A DNA stretch of 64,000 bases from a virus (Duplodnaviria; Heunggongvirae; Uroviricota; Caudoviricetes), in the IMG/VR virus record IMGVR_UViG_3300023697_000634; one strand, given 5' to 3'. The position numbers and the translations under genes were made by a program. The notes under the pieces are model-generated. The model saw only the letters and a program-made list of their open reading frames with translations, searched no databases and was not told where the DNA came from. Shown one piece after another: positions 28,061 through 36,636 of this stretch (the first letter of the stretch is position 1; the number at the start of each line of letters is the position of its first letter).

Positions 28061-28348
28061 ATGTCAGGATGGCGTAAGAATCAAATCGCTGATCAAGTCA
28101 ATAAGGACAATGTTGTTGACCTCGGCGCGGTGCTGAGAGCGAAGCTTGAGAAGGCTATTGAGGATGAGGAGCGCAAGAGTAAGACTCTTCGTCCAAAGTA
28201 CATGACTAAACAACAAATCATGGACATTCATCCTCTCGATGTGTATATGAATATACGCAATGGTGAGTGGGCAATCGAAGATTTTGTTGCCTGGGTGGTT
28301 GTTTGTGAAAATGCCGCATACATTGCTGGCGCAGAGGATACATTATGA
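28061..28348 (+). CDS. hypothetical protein
   Basis: ORF of 95 aa. Confidence 0.35.
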   Translation: MSGWRKNQIADQVNKDNVVDLGAVLRAKLEKAIEDEERKSKTLRPKYMTKQQIMDIHPLDVYMNIRNGEWAIEDFVAWVVVCENAAYIAGAEDTL

Positions 28349-28469
28349 AAACGTTCATCATCGGTACTGTGTTTGGTATTGTTCTGACTACTGTTGGATT
28401 CTCAGGCCTTGCTCGAATCTTCGACAATGGTGTCGTCAAAGTCCAACAAGTAACTAAAGAAGCTGCACA

Positions 28470-28670
28470 ATGAAATCTGGAATTGATCTTGAATTGAGCC
28501 TGGAACAAACAGGCGTCATCGTGGTGGAAGAACTGAAAGTGACTGTTGAAATCAACAGCACATATGAAGACCAACGATCGAAGGACATCGTCAAAGCAGC
28601 TGAGCTATTGCTCAGCTATTACATGACGCCAGACGAACACCGAAAGTATTTGGAACAAAAATCCAGTTGA
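28470..28670 (+). CDS. hypothetical protein
   Basis: ORF of 66 aa. Confidence 0.3.
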   Translation: MKSGIDLELSLEQTGVIVVEELKVTVEINSTYEDQRSKDIVKAAELLLSYYMTPDEHRKYLEQKSS

Positions 28671-28749
28671 TTTTGTAGTTCGGATCCTATATAATTAACC
28701 CACTGCTAGAGATAGACTTTAGCAGACCAACTATTCTAAGGAGCTTAGA

Positions 28750-29769
28750 ATGTCAAAAAAATACGACACTCTCGTCCTCATCGGACGCTTTCAACCATTC
28801 CATAACGCTCACCTTGAGATCATCAAGCGTAGCACTGCGCTCTGTAATAAACTGATTGTTATTACAGGCAGCGCAAAACAACCTCGCACATACAAGAATC
28901 CGTTCACTAGCTTTGAACGTGAGATAATGATCAAGCGTGCAACTGCAGGTCTCGCGTTGACTATCAATGTCGTCGAAAACATCGACACAATCTACAACGA
29001 CCAAGCGTGGGCCGTTCGCATCCAATCGATCGTGAATACTCTAGCATGCGATGGGGATAAGATCGGCATCATCGGTCACAAGAAAGATGACAGCTCATTT
29101 TACTTGGATATGTTCCCACAATGGGGATATGAGAACGTCGAAGAGATCACACCACTGAGTGCTGTCAACATTCGCGACCTGTACTTCAAGCGCAACTGTA
29201 ATCTCGAATTCATTCGCGGTGTGGTACCTCAAACCACTTTCGAAATCTTGCTGGACTTCAAGCAAAGCGAAGAGTATGAACAGATCATCCGCGAGCGTGA
29301 GTTTGTAGAGAACTACAAGAAGCAGTATGCATCACTCCCATATCCTCCAATCTTCAGTACTGCTGATGCTGTGGTGATCCAATCTGGTCACGTGCTAATG
29401 ATTCGTCGTCGGGCTGAGCCTGGTAAGGGTTTGTGGGCGCTTCCTGGCGGATACGTCAATGCAAACACCGATAAGAGCGTTGAGGCTGCAATGCTCCGTG
29501 AGCTCCGTGAAGAGACAAAGATCAAAGTTCCTGAGCCAGTCCTACGCGGCAACATCGTCCGCAGCAAGGTGTTCGATGCCGTCGATCGTAGTCCTCGTGG
29601 CCGCATCATCACTCATGCATTCCACATTCAGTTGCCAGATGGCGAACTACCAAAGGTCAAAGGATCTGATGATGCTGAAAAGGCACGTTGGGTTCCAATT
29701 GCTGAAGTGAAGAGCGAAGACTGCTTCGAAGACCACTTTGAAATTCTCCAACACTTCTTGGGAGCTTAA
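28750..29769 (+). CDS. natV: bifunctional NMN adenylyltransferase / Nudix hydrolase (NadM-Nudix, NatV-like)
   Basis: N-terminal LVLIGRFQPFHNAHLEII (archaeal-type NMNAT). C-terminal Nudix box GGYVNANTDKSVEAAMLRELREETKI. Confidence 0.8.
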   Translation: MSKKYDTLVLIGRFQPFHNAHLEIIKRSTALCNKLIVITGSAKQPRTYKNPFTSFEREIMIKRATAGLALTINVVENIDTIYNDQAWAVRIQSIVNTLACDGDKIGIIGHKKDDSSFYLDMFPQWGYENVEEITPLSAVNIRDLYFKRNCNLEFIRGVVPQTTFEILLDFKQSEEYEQIIREREFVENYKKQYASLPYPPIFSTADAVVIQSGHVLMIRRRAEPGKGLWALPGGYVNANTDKSVEAAMLRELREETKIKVPEPVLRGNIVRSKVFDAVDRSPRGRIITHAFHIQLPDGELPKVKGSDDAEKARWVPIAEVKSEDCFEDHFEILQHFLGA

Positions 29770-29771
29770 AA

Positions 29772-29924
29772 TGTCAGACGGACTAGATCGTTCGGGGCTA
29801 GAATGGTTCAATGAACGTGGCTATTGGGTAATCCGAAAGGTCCCTAATACCAAAGACCAATTCTACGTTGCTAGTATAGCAATTCCACCAGACAATGTTC
29901 TGGAAATTTATGGGATACTGTAAT
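29772..29924 (+). CDS. hypothetical protein (50 aa)
   Basis: ORF directly after natV. Confidence 0.25.
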
Positions 29925-30089
29925 GGGATGGACTGATTGGAATTGGATTAACGTCGCGCTTGTCTTCGTGAATGGAGCAGTGGCGTACATTTGTTTCACT
30001 GATGAGGATGTTGATCGTTCTTTCGGTGGTTGGGCAAACGTGGTTGCTAGTTCTATGAACGCTGCAATGATTGCAATAAAGGTTTTGTA

Positions 30090-30284
30090 ATGGTACGAAT
30101 TATCGATGCAACACCACACCAGAGTGTGGTCAAGAAGAAAGTCTGCCGTCACTGTGGCGTGACGTTGGAGTATGTTCCCAATGACATTCAAGAACGACGA
30201 GTTACTGATTATGATGGCAGTAGCGAACTGTTCAAGTACATCGAATGTCCTGCTTGTAAAACACACGTTGATGTGAGGTACTAA
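30090..30284 (+). CDS. zinc-ribbon protein
   Basis: CRHCGVT ... CPACKTH. Confidence 0.35.
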   Translation: MVRIIDATPHQSVVKKKVCRHCGVTLEYVPNDIQERRVTDYDGSSELFKYIECPACKTHVDVRY

Positions 30285-30285
30285 T

Positions 30286-31230
30286 ATGTGGAAAAATGTA
30301 AACGTCTTTGAAGATGAAAAAGAGCACGTTAAGAAGTATGTTTTCGAGAAAGACGATATCGCTATCGAGTCCGTTCTTTATCGTTATCCTACTTACGATG
30401 AACGCACTGTTCTCTGTATTAGTACCATGTGCGGATGCCCAATGGGTTGTCGCTTCTGTGGAACTGGTGATTATTTTGTTCGTAGTCTTACTGCGGATGA
30501 AATTGTAGGCCAAGCTGAATACATTCTCGAAACTCAAATCGGTGGTCTGAATCCTCGCGACATCAAGAAGCTGCAGATCATGGTGATGAGCATGGGCGAA
30601 CCTGCTTTGAACAAAGCTCTGGAAGAAGCATTTGATCGTTTATATGCAAAGTACCCAAATGCAGCACTGCTGATCAGCTCAAGCGGTCCTAAGGTTAGCT
30701 ACCAATGGATTATCGAAATGAGCAAACGGATTCCGACTGTCGGTTTGCAATTCAGCATTCACGAGAGTACAGACGAAGCACGCGACAAGTTGATTCCATT
30801 TGATAAGAAGTTGAACCTGCAAGAGATTGCTGATGTTGGCGTTCGCTGGCACTTGGATACTGGCCGTAAGCCATATTTCAATTACTGTGCTCACGAAGGT
30901 AATGACAAGATCGAAGACGTCCAACGACTACTCAAGTTGTACCACCCACGTATCTGGGAAGCGACTGTCTCTGTCATTTGCGAGCGTGATGCGCATGCTG
31001 AAGCAACGAACGACAAGCAACGCAACTTGGCTATTGAATTTGGTAACAAGCTGCTTGCCGAAGGATACAACGTCCGTGTGTTCGATCCAGCTGGTCAGGA
31101 TACAATCGGTGGTGGTTGTGGCCAGTTGTGGTATGTTCAAGACTGGATGAAGGATCATCCTGAGCATGTCAAGCCATCTGTTGGTTGTGGTATGCAAAAG
31201 GTCCATACACCAAAAGAATGGAACGTATGA
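30286..31230 (+). CDS. radical SAM methyltransferase, RlmN/Cfr family (lacks N-terminal accessory domain)
   Basis: LCISTMCGCPMGCRFCGTG (Cx3Cx2C), IMVMSMGEPALN (compare MMGMGEPLLN), ISSSGP, and a C-terminal GGGCGQLWYV (compare AACGQL). Both RlmN catalytic cysteines are conserved. Confidence 0.75.
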   Translation: MWKNVNVFEDEKEHVKKYVFEKDDIAIESVLYRYPTYDERTVLCISTMCGCPMGCRFCGTGDYFVRSLTADEIVGQAEYILETQIGGLNPRDIKKLQIMVMSMGEPALNKALEEAFDRLYAKYPNAALLISSSGPKVSYQWIIEMSKRIPTVGLQFSIHESTDEARDKLIPFDKKLNLQEIADVGVRWHLDTGRKPYFNYCAHEGNDKIEDVQRLLKLYHPRIWEATVSVICERDAHAEATNDKQRNLAIEFGNKLLAEGYNVRVFDPAGQDTIGGGCGQLWYVQDWMKDHPEHVKPSVGCGMQKVHTPKEWNV

Positions 31231-32018
31231 AGTTTTTGATCCAATACAATCTAATGGCAGAGTCACAACTCGAAGCAGTTAAGTCTGCAGCTCTGCCATA
31301 TCCTCACCAGTATGTTGGTGTGATTCCGTTTTCAAATGAGATCACAACAGCAGAAGGTGAAGAGATTGTTGGTACTGATTACATTCCATATGGGTCGACT
31401 CTGATGTCGACGATTGGTTTAGATTTGGGATGGAAGGGATTGTACTTCGATCTTGAGCAGTTCAATTACGAAGCTGCGGTCGCTAATCGGGATGATATGC
31501 TGAATGATGGTGCTATTATGACAGTCGAAGAGACTATCGACTTCATGCGCGCCAGCACTCAAGAACAATGGTTCATCCGTCCTTCGCTCGATCTGAAGCA
31601 TTTTGCTGGGCAGGTAATTGAACGCATAGAGTGTGTGAAGTGGTTAACACAAGCACTCAGTTGTTCATCATCTGAGACGAAACGGATGTACAAAGACATG
31701 AAGATTGTCGTTGCAACACCACAAAACATTCAAGCCGAGTGGCGTTGGTTTGTGGTCGGAGGCAAAGTGGTTGATGGGTCAATGTACCGCTCACATGGTC
31801 AATTGATCAAACAGCATGAGACTGATCCAAAAGTAATCGCTGAAGCACAAACGTTCGCCGACAAGTGGTCGCCAAACCGAAACGTCGTGATGGACTTGGC
31901 ACTTGTTGATAATGAATTGAAGGTAATTGAATTCAACTGTATCAACTGCAGTGGGTTCTACAATCACAATGTTCGTAAAATATTTGATGCACTGTATATG
32001 GAGAGTACAAAATGCTAA
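31227..32018 (+). CDS. ATP-grasp fold protein
   Basis: FIRPSLDLKHFAGQVI, EWRWFVVGGKVV and VMDLALVDNELKVIEFN resemble the ATP-grasp (RimK/GshB-like) strands. Start at MKFLIQ (ATGA overlap). Confidence 0.5.
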   Translation: MKFLIQYNLMAESQLEAVKSAALPYPHQYVGVIPFSNEITTAEGEEIVGTDYIPYGSTLMSTIGLDLGWKGLYFDLEQFNYEAAVANRDDMLNDGAIMTVEETIDFMRASTQEQWFIRPSLDLKHFAGQVIERIECVKWLTQALSCSSSETKRMYKDMKIVVATPQNIQAEWRWFVVGGKVVDGSMYRSHGQLIKQHETDPKVIAEAQTFADKWSPNRNVVMDLALVDNELKVIEFNCINCSGFYNHNVRKIFDALYMESTKC

Positions 32019-32491
32019 AGCATGTAAAAGGTAACTTACTCGATCTAGCTGAGGCTGGTCATTTTGATGTGGTCGTTCAAGGCTGCAATTGCTTCAACGC
32101 AATGGGTGGAGGGATCGCACGTGAGATTCGTGAACGCTATCCTCACGTTGCTAAGGTAGACTCTAATACTGTCCGCGGCGCATACAATAAACTAGGCAAC
32201 TGGACAAACGAACTGGTCATTCTCAAGAACGGCACAGTTTGCTTCGATGTCATTAATGCATACACTCAATACAACATGAGTACTGGTCAAGATGTATTTG
32301 AATATGCAGCGTTCGAATTAATTCTCCAAAAGCTACTATACACATATGGGGACAAGCGGATCGGATTTCCATTCATCGGTATGGGTCTTGCCCGTGGCGA
32401 TAAACAACGAATCATCGGACTGCTTGAATGGTTCGCTGATGAAATCGAGAAGCGTGGCGGTAGTGCGACGCTAGTGGAATTTCAACCATGA
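32012..32491 (+). CDS. Macro domain protein (ADP-ribose binding / hydrolase)
   Basis: KGNLLDLAEAGHFDVVVQGCNCFNAMGGGIAREI, the canonical Macro block. Confidence 0.75.
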   Translation: MLKHVKGNLLDLAEAGHFDVVVQGCNCFNAMGGGIAREIRERYPHVAKVDSNTVRGAYNKLGNWTNELVILKNGTVCFDVINAYTQYNMSTGQDVFEYAAFELILQKLLYTYGDKRIGFPFIGMGLARGDKQRIIGLLEWFADEIEKRGGSATLVEFQP

Positions 32492-32985
32492 ACATGATCA
32501 AATCCCCAAACGAGTACACCACTCGCAATAAATTCTCAATCTTCCTTGCTGGGTCGATTGAGATGGGTATGGCGGTAGATTGGCAACAGTCGATTGCCGA
32601 TGCGCTATACGACATTGATGGAGTACAGCTATTGAATCCACGACGTGATGATTGGGATTCTAGCTGGGCGCAGACAATCGAGAATCCACAATTCGCTGAG
32701 CAAGTGAGATGGGAGCTGACAGCGCTCGAGAAATCTGACTTGATCATCTATTACTTTGCACCAGGTACGCAAAGTCCAATCTCGTTGCTTGAGTTGGGGC
32801 TCTATGCAAACCACACGAAGAACATCTGGGTATGTTGTCCAGAAGGATTCTGGCGTAAGGGCAATATCGAGATCGTATGTCAACGATACATGATTCCGTT
32901 CTTCGATGATTTTGACCACATGGTGGACGATCTGAGGTACTATCTTCCGATTTGGACGGAAGATGACTACGAGCAGTTGACATAA
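32488..32985 (+). CDS. nucleoside 2-deoxyribosyltransferase-like protein (Rcl/DNPH1-like fold)
   Basis: IFLAGSIEMG and SLLELGLYANHTKNIWVCCPEG match the family's Rossmann motifs. Confidence 0.6.
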   Translation: MNMIKSPNEYTTRNKFSIFLAGSIEMGMAVDWQQSIADALYDIDGVQLLNPRRDDWDSSWAQTIENPQFAEQVRWELTALEKSDLIIYYFAPGTQSPISLLELGLYANHTKNIWVCCPEGFWRKGNIEIVCQRYMIPFFDDFDHMVDDLRYYLPIWTEDDYEQLT

Positions 32986-33013
32986 CAATGGGGTTATGCT
33001 ATACTGCAATCAA

Positions 33014-33040
33014 GCCCTCGCGATAGACGCGAGGCATTTT
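33014..33040 (+). terminator. hairpin (weak terminator) in the natV-block / nadV gap
   Basis: GCCCTCGCG-ATAGA-CGCGAGGC followed by ATTTT. TGCTATACT -10-like upstream. Confidence 0.3.
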
Positions 33041-33059
33041 AACTGTTAAGGAGATTAAC

Positions 33060-34457
33060 ATGAAACTGAGCAAAAATATCTTATTGAACACAGACAGCTA
33101 CAAAGTGTCAATGTGGAAGCAATACCCTGTTGGAACAACTGGCGTATTTTCTTACATCGAATCGCGTGGCGGTCGATACGATCAAACAGTGATGTTTGGT
33201 CTGCAAGCGTTCATCAAGGAGTACTTACTTGACCCCATTACACAGTCCGACATCGATATCGCCGAAGAGATTCTTCTCGCACACGGAGAGCCATTTAATC
33301 GTAGCGGCTGGCAGTATATCCTCGACAAGCACGACGGATATCTCCCCGTCATCATCCGAGCAGTCCCCGAGGGTACTGTGGTACCGGTTAAGAATGTCCT
33401 CGCAACCATCGAGAACACAGATCCCAACGTACCGTGGCTGACTACATGGCTCGAGACTCCTTTGCTTCGTGCAATTTGGTATCCAACTACTGTGGCAACA
33501 CAGAGCTGGTCGATTCGCAAAGTGATTTTGGATTATTTGGAGAAGACTGGTGACCCTGCTCTTATCGATTTTAAGTTACACGACTTTGGTGCTCGCGGTG
33601 TTAGTTCCCTTGAGTCCGCTGGCATTGGCGGCGCCGCGCACCTCGTTAATTTCATGGGTACCGATACTGTTACCGGTTTGTTGTATGCTCGTGAGTATTA
33701 CAACGCTGGTATTAGTGGGTTTTCAATTCCTGCAGCCGAACACAGCACAATCACAAGCTGGGGTCGTGAAGGAGAAGTCGATGCCTACCGAAACATGCTT
33801 ACAAATTTCGCTCGGCCCGGGTCCATTGTTGCAGTCGTTTCCGACAGCTACGATGTATTCAATGCCGCTAGCAAATTGTGGGGAGAAGAGCTCCGTCAGC
33901 AAGTGATTGATAGCGGTGCTACTGTCGTGATTCGTCCTGATAGTGGTGACCCTGTTGAAGTTAACCGCAAGTTGATTGAGATCTTAGGAGAAAAGTTTGG
34001 ATACACTACAAACGCCAAAGGATTCAAAGTCCTCAATAATGTTCGCCTCATCCAGGGGGACGGTGTCAATGAGTTATCCATCCGCAGTATCCTTGGGGCA
34101 CTCATGGCAATGGGATGGTCAGCAGATAACATTGCATTCGGTATGGGCGGTGCCTTGCTCCAGCAAGTCGACCGAGATACCCAGAAGTTCGCAATGAAGT
34201 GTTCTTCTGCCAAGATTAATGACGTATGGGTCGATGTACAAAAAGATCCAATCACTGATAGTGGTAAGAAGTCGAAGGCAGGCCGAGTTACTCTTTGGAA
34301 GAGTGGCGGCGAATGGATCAGTAGCGTCGAAAAGCCAGCTGGCTGGCACGACAAGGCAACTGGTGAGTTCGTCGAAGTACTGGAAACAGTATACGCTAAC
34401 GGAAAGTTGATTAACGAATATACATTCGACAACATCCGAGCAAGAGCTCGCAAATAA
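33060..34457 (+). CDS. nadV: nicotinamide phosphoribosyltransferase (Nampt, NadV-like)
   Basis: 465 aa. NAPRTase-family core, with blocks DSYD and RPDSGDP. Strong RBS AAGGAGATTAACATG. Confidence 0.8.
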   Translation: MKLSKNILLNTDSYKVSMWKQYPVGTTGVFSYIESRGGRYDQTVMFGLQAFIKEYLLDPITQSDIDIAEEILLAHGEPFNRSGWQYILDKHDGYLPVIIRAVPEGTVVPVKNVLATIENTDPNVPWLTTWLETPLLRAIWYPTTVATQSWSIRKVILDYLEKTGDPALIDFKLHDFGARGVSSLESAGIGGAAHLVNFMGTDTVTGLLYAREYYNAGISGFSIPAAEHSTITSWGREGEVDAYRNMLTNFARPGSIVAVVSDSYDVFNAASKLWGEELRQQVIDSGATVVIRPDSGDPVEVNRKLIEILGEKFGYTTNAKGFKVLNNVRLIQGDGVNELSIRSILGALMAMGWSADNIAFGMGGALLQQVDRDTQKFAMKCSSAKINDVWVDVQKDPITDSGKKSKAGRVTLWKSGGEWISSVEKPAGWHDKATGEFVEVLETVYANGKLINEYTFDNIRARARK

Positions 34458-34462
34458 GGGAA

Positions 34463-34487
34463 GGCCACTCCGGTGGCCTTTTTCTTT
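34463..34487 (+). terminator. Rho-independent terminator
   Basis: GGCCACTCCGGTGGCC hairpin followed by TTTTTCTTT. Confidence 0.6.
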
Positions 34488-34503
34488 GGACTGTTGTATA
34501 ATT
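34480..34503 (+). promoter_or_regulatory. extended -10 promoter TGTTGTATAAT
   Basis: GGACTGTTGTATAATTG lies immediately after the terminator. Confidence 0.4.
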
Positions 34504-34529
34504 GTTCCTATCAACTTAGGAATAACATC

Positions 34530-34994
34530 ATGTTCAAATGGCCTTGGAAACGCGAACGACGAATTGCTTTTATTGATGGTGACCAATCATTGCCAGAAGT
34601 ACTCAGAGCATACAACAAACACATCGTCGGTACAAACACAGAAACGCACCTCGTGCGCCTAATAACACCACAAGCGAATGGCAGAAATAACGAGCCTCGT
34701 ATTCTTCGCGACATCGTGGGGATCAACAAGATCTACCTTGGCGGATTCTCAACTGGCAAGGAAGTGACCGATAAGTTCATCGGTGCTTACATTCAGAAAG
34801 CAGTCACAGATGGGTATACCCATATCTCTGTTGTGTCTAGTGATTATGATTTCATCGATATCTTCAAGATGGCAGCGATGGTCGATGATCGTGCTAAAAA
34901 GTTGACGTTTCGAATGATTGTCACTTCGCAGCGAAGCCCCAAGCTGAATGAAATGCCTGATCGTTTAATGAACATTGAAGTAGTGAGAGATTAA
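34530..34994 (+). CDS. hypothetical protein (possible NYN/PIN-like)
   Basis: RIAFIDGDQ resembles the NYN first motif, but this is weak. Start at MFKWPW. Confidence 0.3.
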   Translation: MFKWPWKRERRIAFIDGDQSLPEVLRAYNKHIVGTNTETHLVRLITPQANGRNNEPRILRDIVGINKIYLGGFSTGKEVTDKFIGAYIQKAVTDGYTHISVVSSDYDFIDIFKMAAMVDDRAKKLTFRMIVTSQRSPKLNEMPDRLMNIEVVRD

Positions 34995-35189
34995 ATGGAA
35001 TACACATTAGTAATTTGGACAGTCGTTGCTGCGTTCGGTACAGGAGCTGGCACATACAAGCCGCAAGAGTATCGCGATTGGCGACCGATAGCCGTTTTCA
35101 ATAATGGTGGTGCTCAATCGTTGCATCATTGTCACGCAGCTGCTGAACAATTGAAGCTGCAAAAATTTGAATGTATCAGAACCAAGTGA
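34995..35189 (+). CDS. hypothetical protein
   Basis: ORF of 64 aa. Confidence 0.3.
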   Translation: MEYTLVIWTVVAAFGTGAGTYKPQEYRDWRPIAVFNNGGAQSLHHCHAAAEQLKLQKFECIRTK

Positions 35190-35199
35190 AGGAAAGAAA

Positions 35200-36237
35200 A
35201 TGCGTAAACTTGCATCCATTCGTCGCATTGACGAACTGAACCCTATTGAGGGTGCCGACAAAATTGAAGTGGCCACTGTTGGTGGTTGGAAGGTCGTGTG
35301 CCAAAAAGGTCTCTACGTGGTTGGCGATCTTGCTGTATACTTTGAAATCGATTCGTTTATCCCAACGGCCGTCGCTCCGTTCCTAACAAAGGAAGGTCAC
35401 TATCCGAAGGTGTTTGAAAGAGTCGAGGGCGAACGTTTGAAGACAATCAAGCTGCGTGGCCAGTTGTCTCAAGGTTTGCTGATTCCGTTGAAAGAGATTG
35501 TGCCACTCTTCCCTGATAGCGAGTTCGATGAAGGTCAGGAGCTGATGGAGTTCTTCCGAGAAGATGCCGACATGACTGAATTTCTCGGTATCCTGAAATG
35601 GGAGAAGGCAATTCCTGCTCAGCTCGCTGGTATTTCTCGTGGCAACTTTCCAACTTTGATTCCAAAGACTGACCAAGAGCGTGTGCAAAACTTGAAGAAA
35701 GAGATTGCTGCTGCTCAAGGACAAGTATACGAAGTAACGGAGAAGCTGGAAGGCTCTTCGATGACTTGCTATGTGATTGATGGTGAGTTCGGAGTGTGCT
35801 CCCGTAACCTCAACCTCAAGGAAACTGAGGGCAACTCATTCTGGATTGCAGCTCGCGACAATGACCTTGAGCAAAAGATGCTTGCTCGTCAGTATGACTT
35901 CGCAATCCAAGGTGAGTTGATTGGTCCTGGAGTTCAAGGTAACATCTACAAATTGACAAAGCCTGAGTTCTATGTGTTTGACATCTATGATGTTAAGGAC
36001 GGCGAGTATATGAATCCAGCTGCACGTCGCCAACTGGTCGAGTCTCTTGGCCTGAAGCATGTGCCGATTCTGGACGATATGTATGTCCTTAACGATGATG
36101 TAGAACAACTGTTGACATTGGCTGAAGGCAAGTCTAGAATGTTTGATACGGAACGAGAAGGCATCGTGTTCAAACAGAATGACGGTGGCATGACGTTCAA
36201 AGCGATCTCGAACAAGTACCTATTGAACGAGAAGTGA
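35200..36237 (+). CDS. RNA ligase, Rnl5/DRB0094-like family
   Basis: N-terminal OB-like module, EKLEGSS (KxxG nucleotidyltransferase motif I candidate) and C-terminal FKAISNKYL. RBS AAGGAAAG. Confidence 0.55.
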   Translation: MRKLASIRRIDELNPIEGADKIEVATVGGWKVVCQKGLYVVGDLAVYFEIDSFIPTAVAPFLTKEGHYPKVFERVEGERLKTIKLRGQLSQGLLIPLKEIVPLFPDSEFDEGQELMEFFREDADMTEFLGILKWEKAIPAQLAGISRGNFPTLIPKTDQERVQNLKKEIAAAQGQVYEVTEKLEGSSMTCYVIDGEFGVCSRNLNLKETEGNSFWIAARDNDLEQKMLARQYDFAIQGELIGPGVQGNIYKLTKPEFYVFDIYDVKDGEYMNPAARRQLVESLGLKHVPILDDMYVLNDDVEQLLTLAEGKSRMFDTEREGIVFKQNDGGMTFKAISNKYLLNEK

Positions 36238-36256
36238 TTTAAGTTTTCTCCCCTTT

Positions 36257-36282
36257 GCGCCGGCTTGACCGGCGTTCTTTTT
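36257..36282 (+). terminator. Rho-independent terminator
   Basis: CGCCGG-CTTGA-CCGGCG followed by TTCTTTTT. Confidence 0.5.
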
Positions 36283-36636
36283 ATGAACAATCCACTAATA
36301 TTCATCACAGATATGCTCGCTGCAGCAAAGAAGTCCTATCAGGCTGCTGTGGAAGAGCGCAAGAAGAGAGAGCATAACGCTGAGCGTAAGCGGATCGCCA
36401 AGCACTTCAACAACTACTACACATACCGCCACCGTTTCGACACATCAAGCGACGAACGGCTGGACGGAACAGGGATGTGGGGCTTCACGCCAAAAAAAGG
36501 AAATGCGTGGATGTGTCCAACGTGCAATAAGATCCACTTGGCATCGAGCTGTAGTGCATTTTCCGGTCTGCAGTATCCACATTGCTGTGAGTATAGATCA
36601 CACCACAGGCTATACAACGACATCAGAACGCAATGA
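36283..36636 (+). CDS. Cys/His-cluster (zinc-binding) protein
   Basis: CPTCNKIH ... C ... HCC. Start at the ATG after the terminator (the track start at 36265 is a TTG). Confidence 0.35.
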   Translation: MNNPLIFITDMLAAAKKSYQAAVEERKKREHNAERKRIAKHFNNYYTYRHRFDTSSDERLDGTGMWGFTPKKGNAWMCPTCNKIHLASSCSAFSGLQYPHCCEYRSHHRLYNDIRTQ

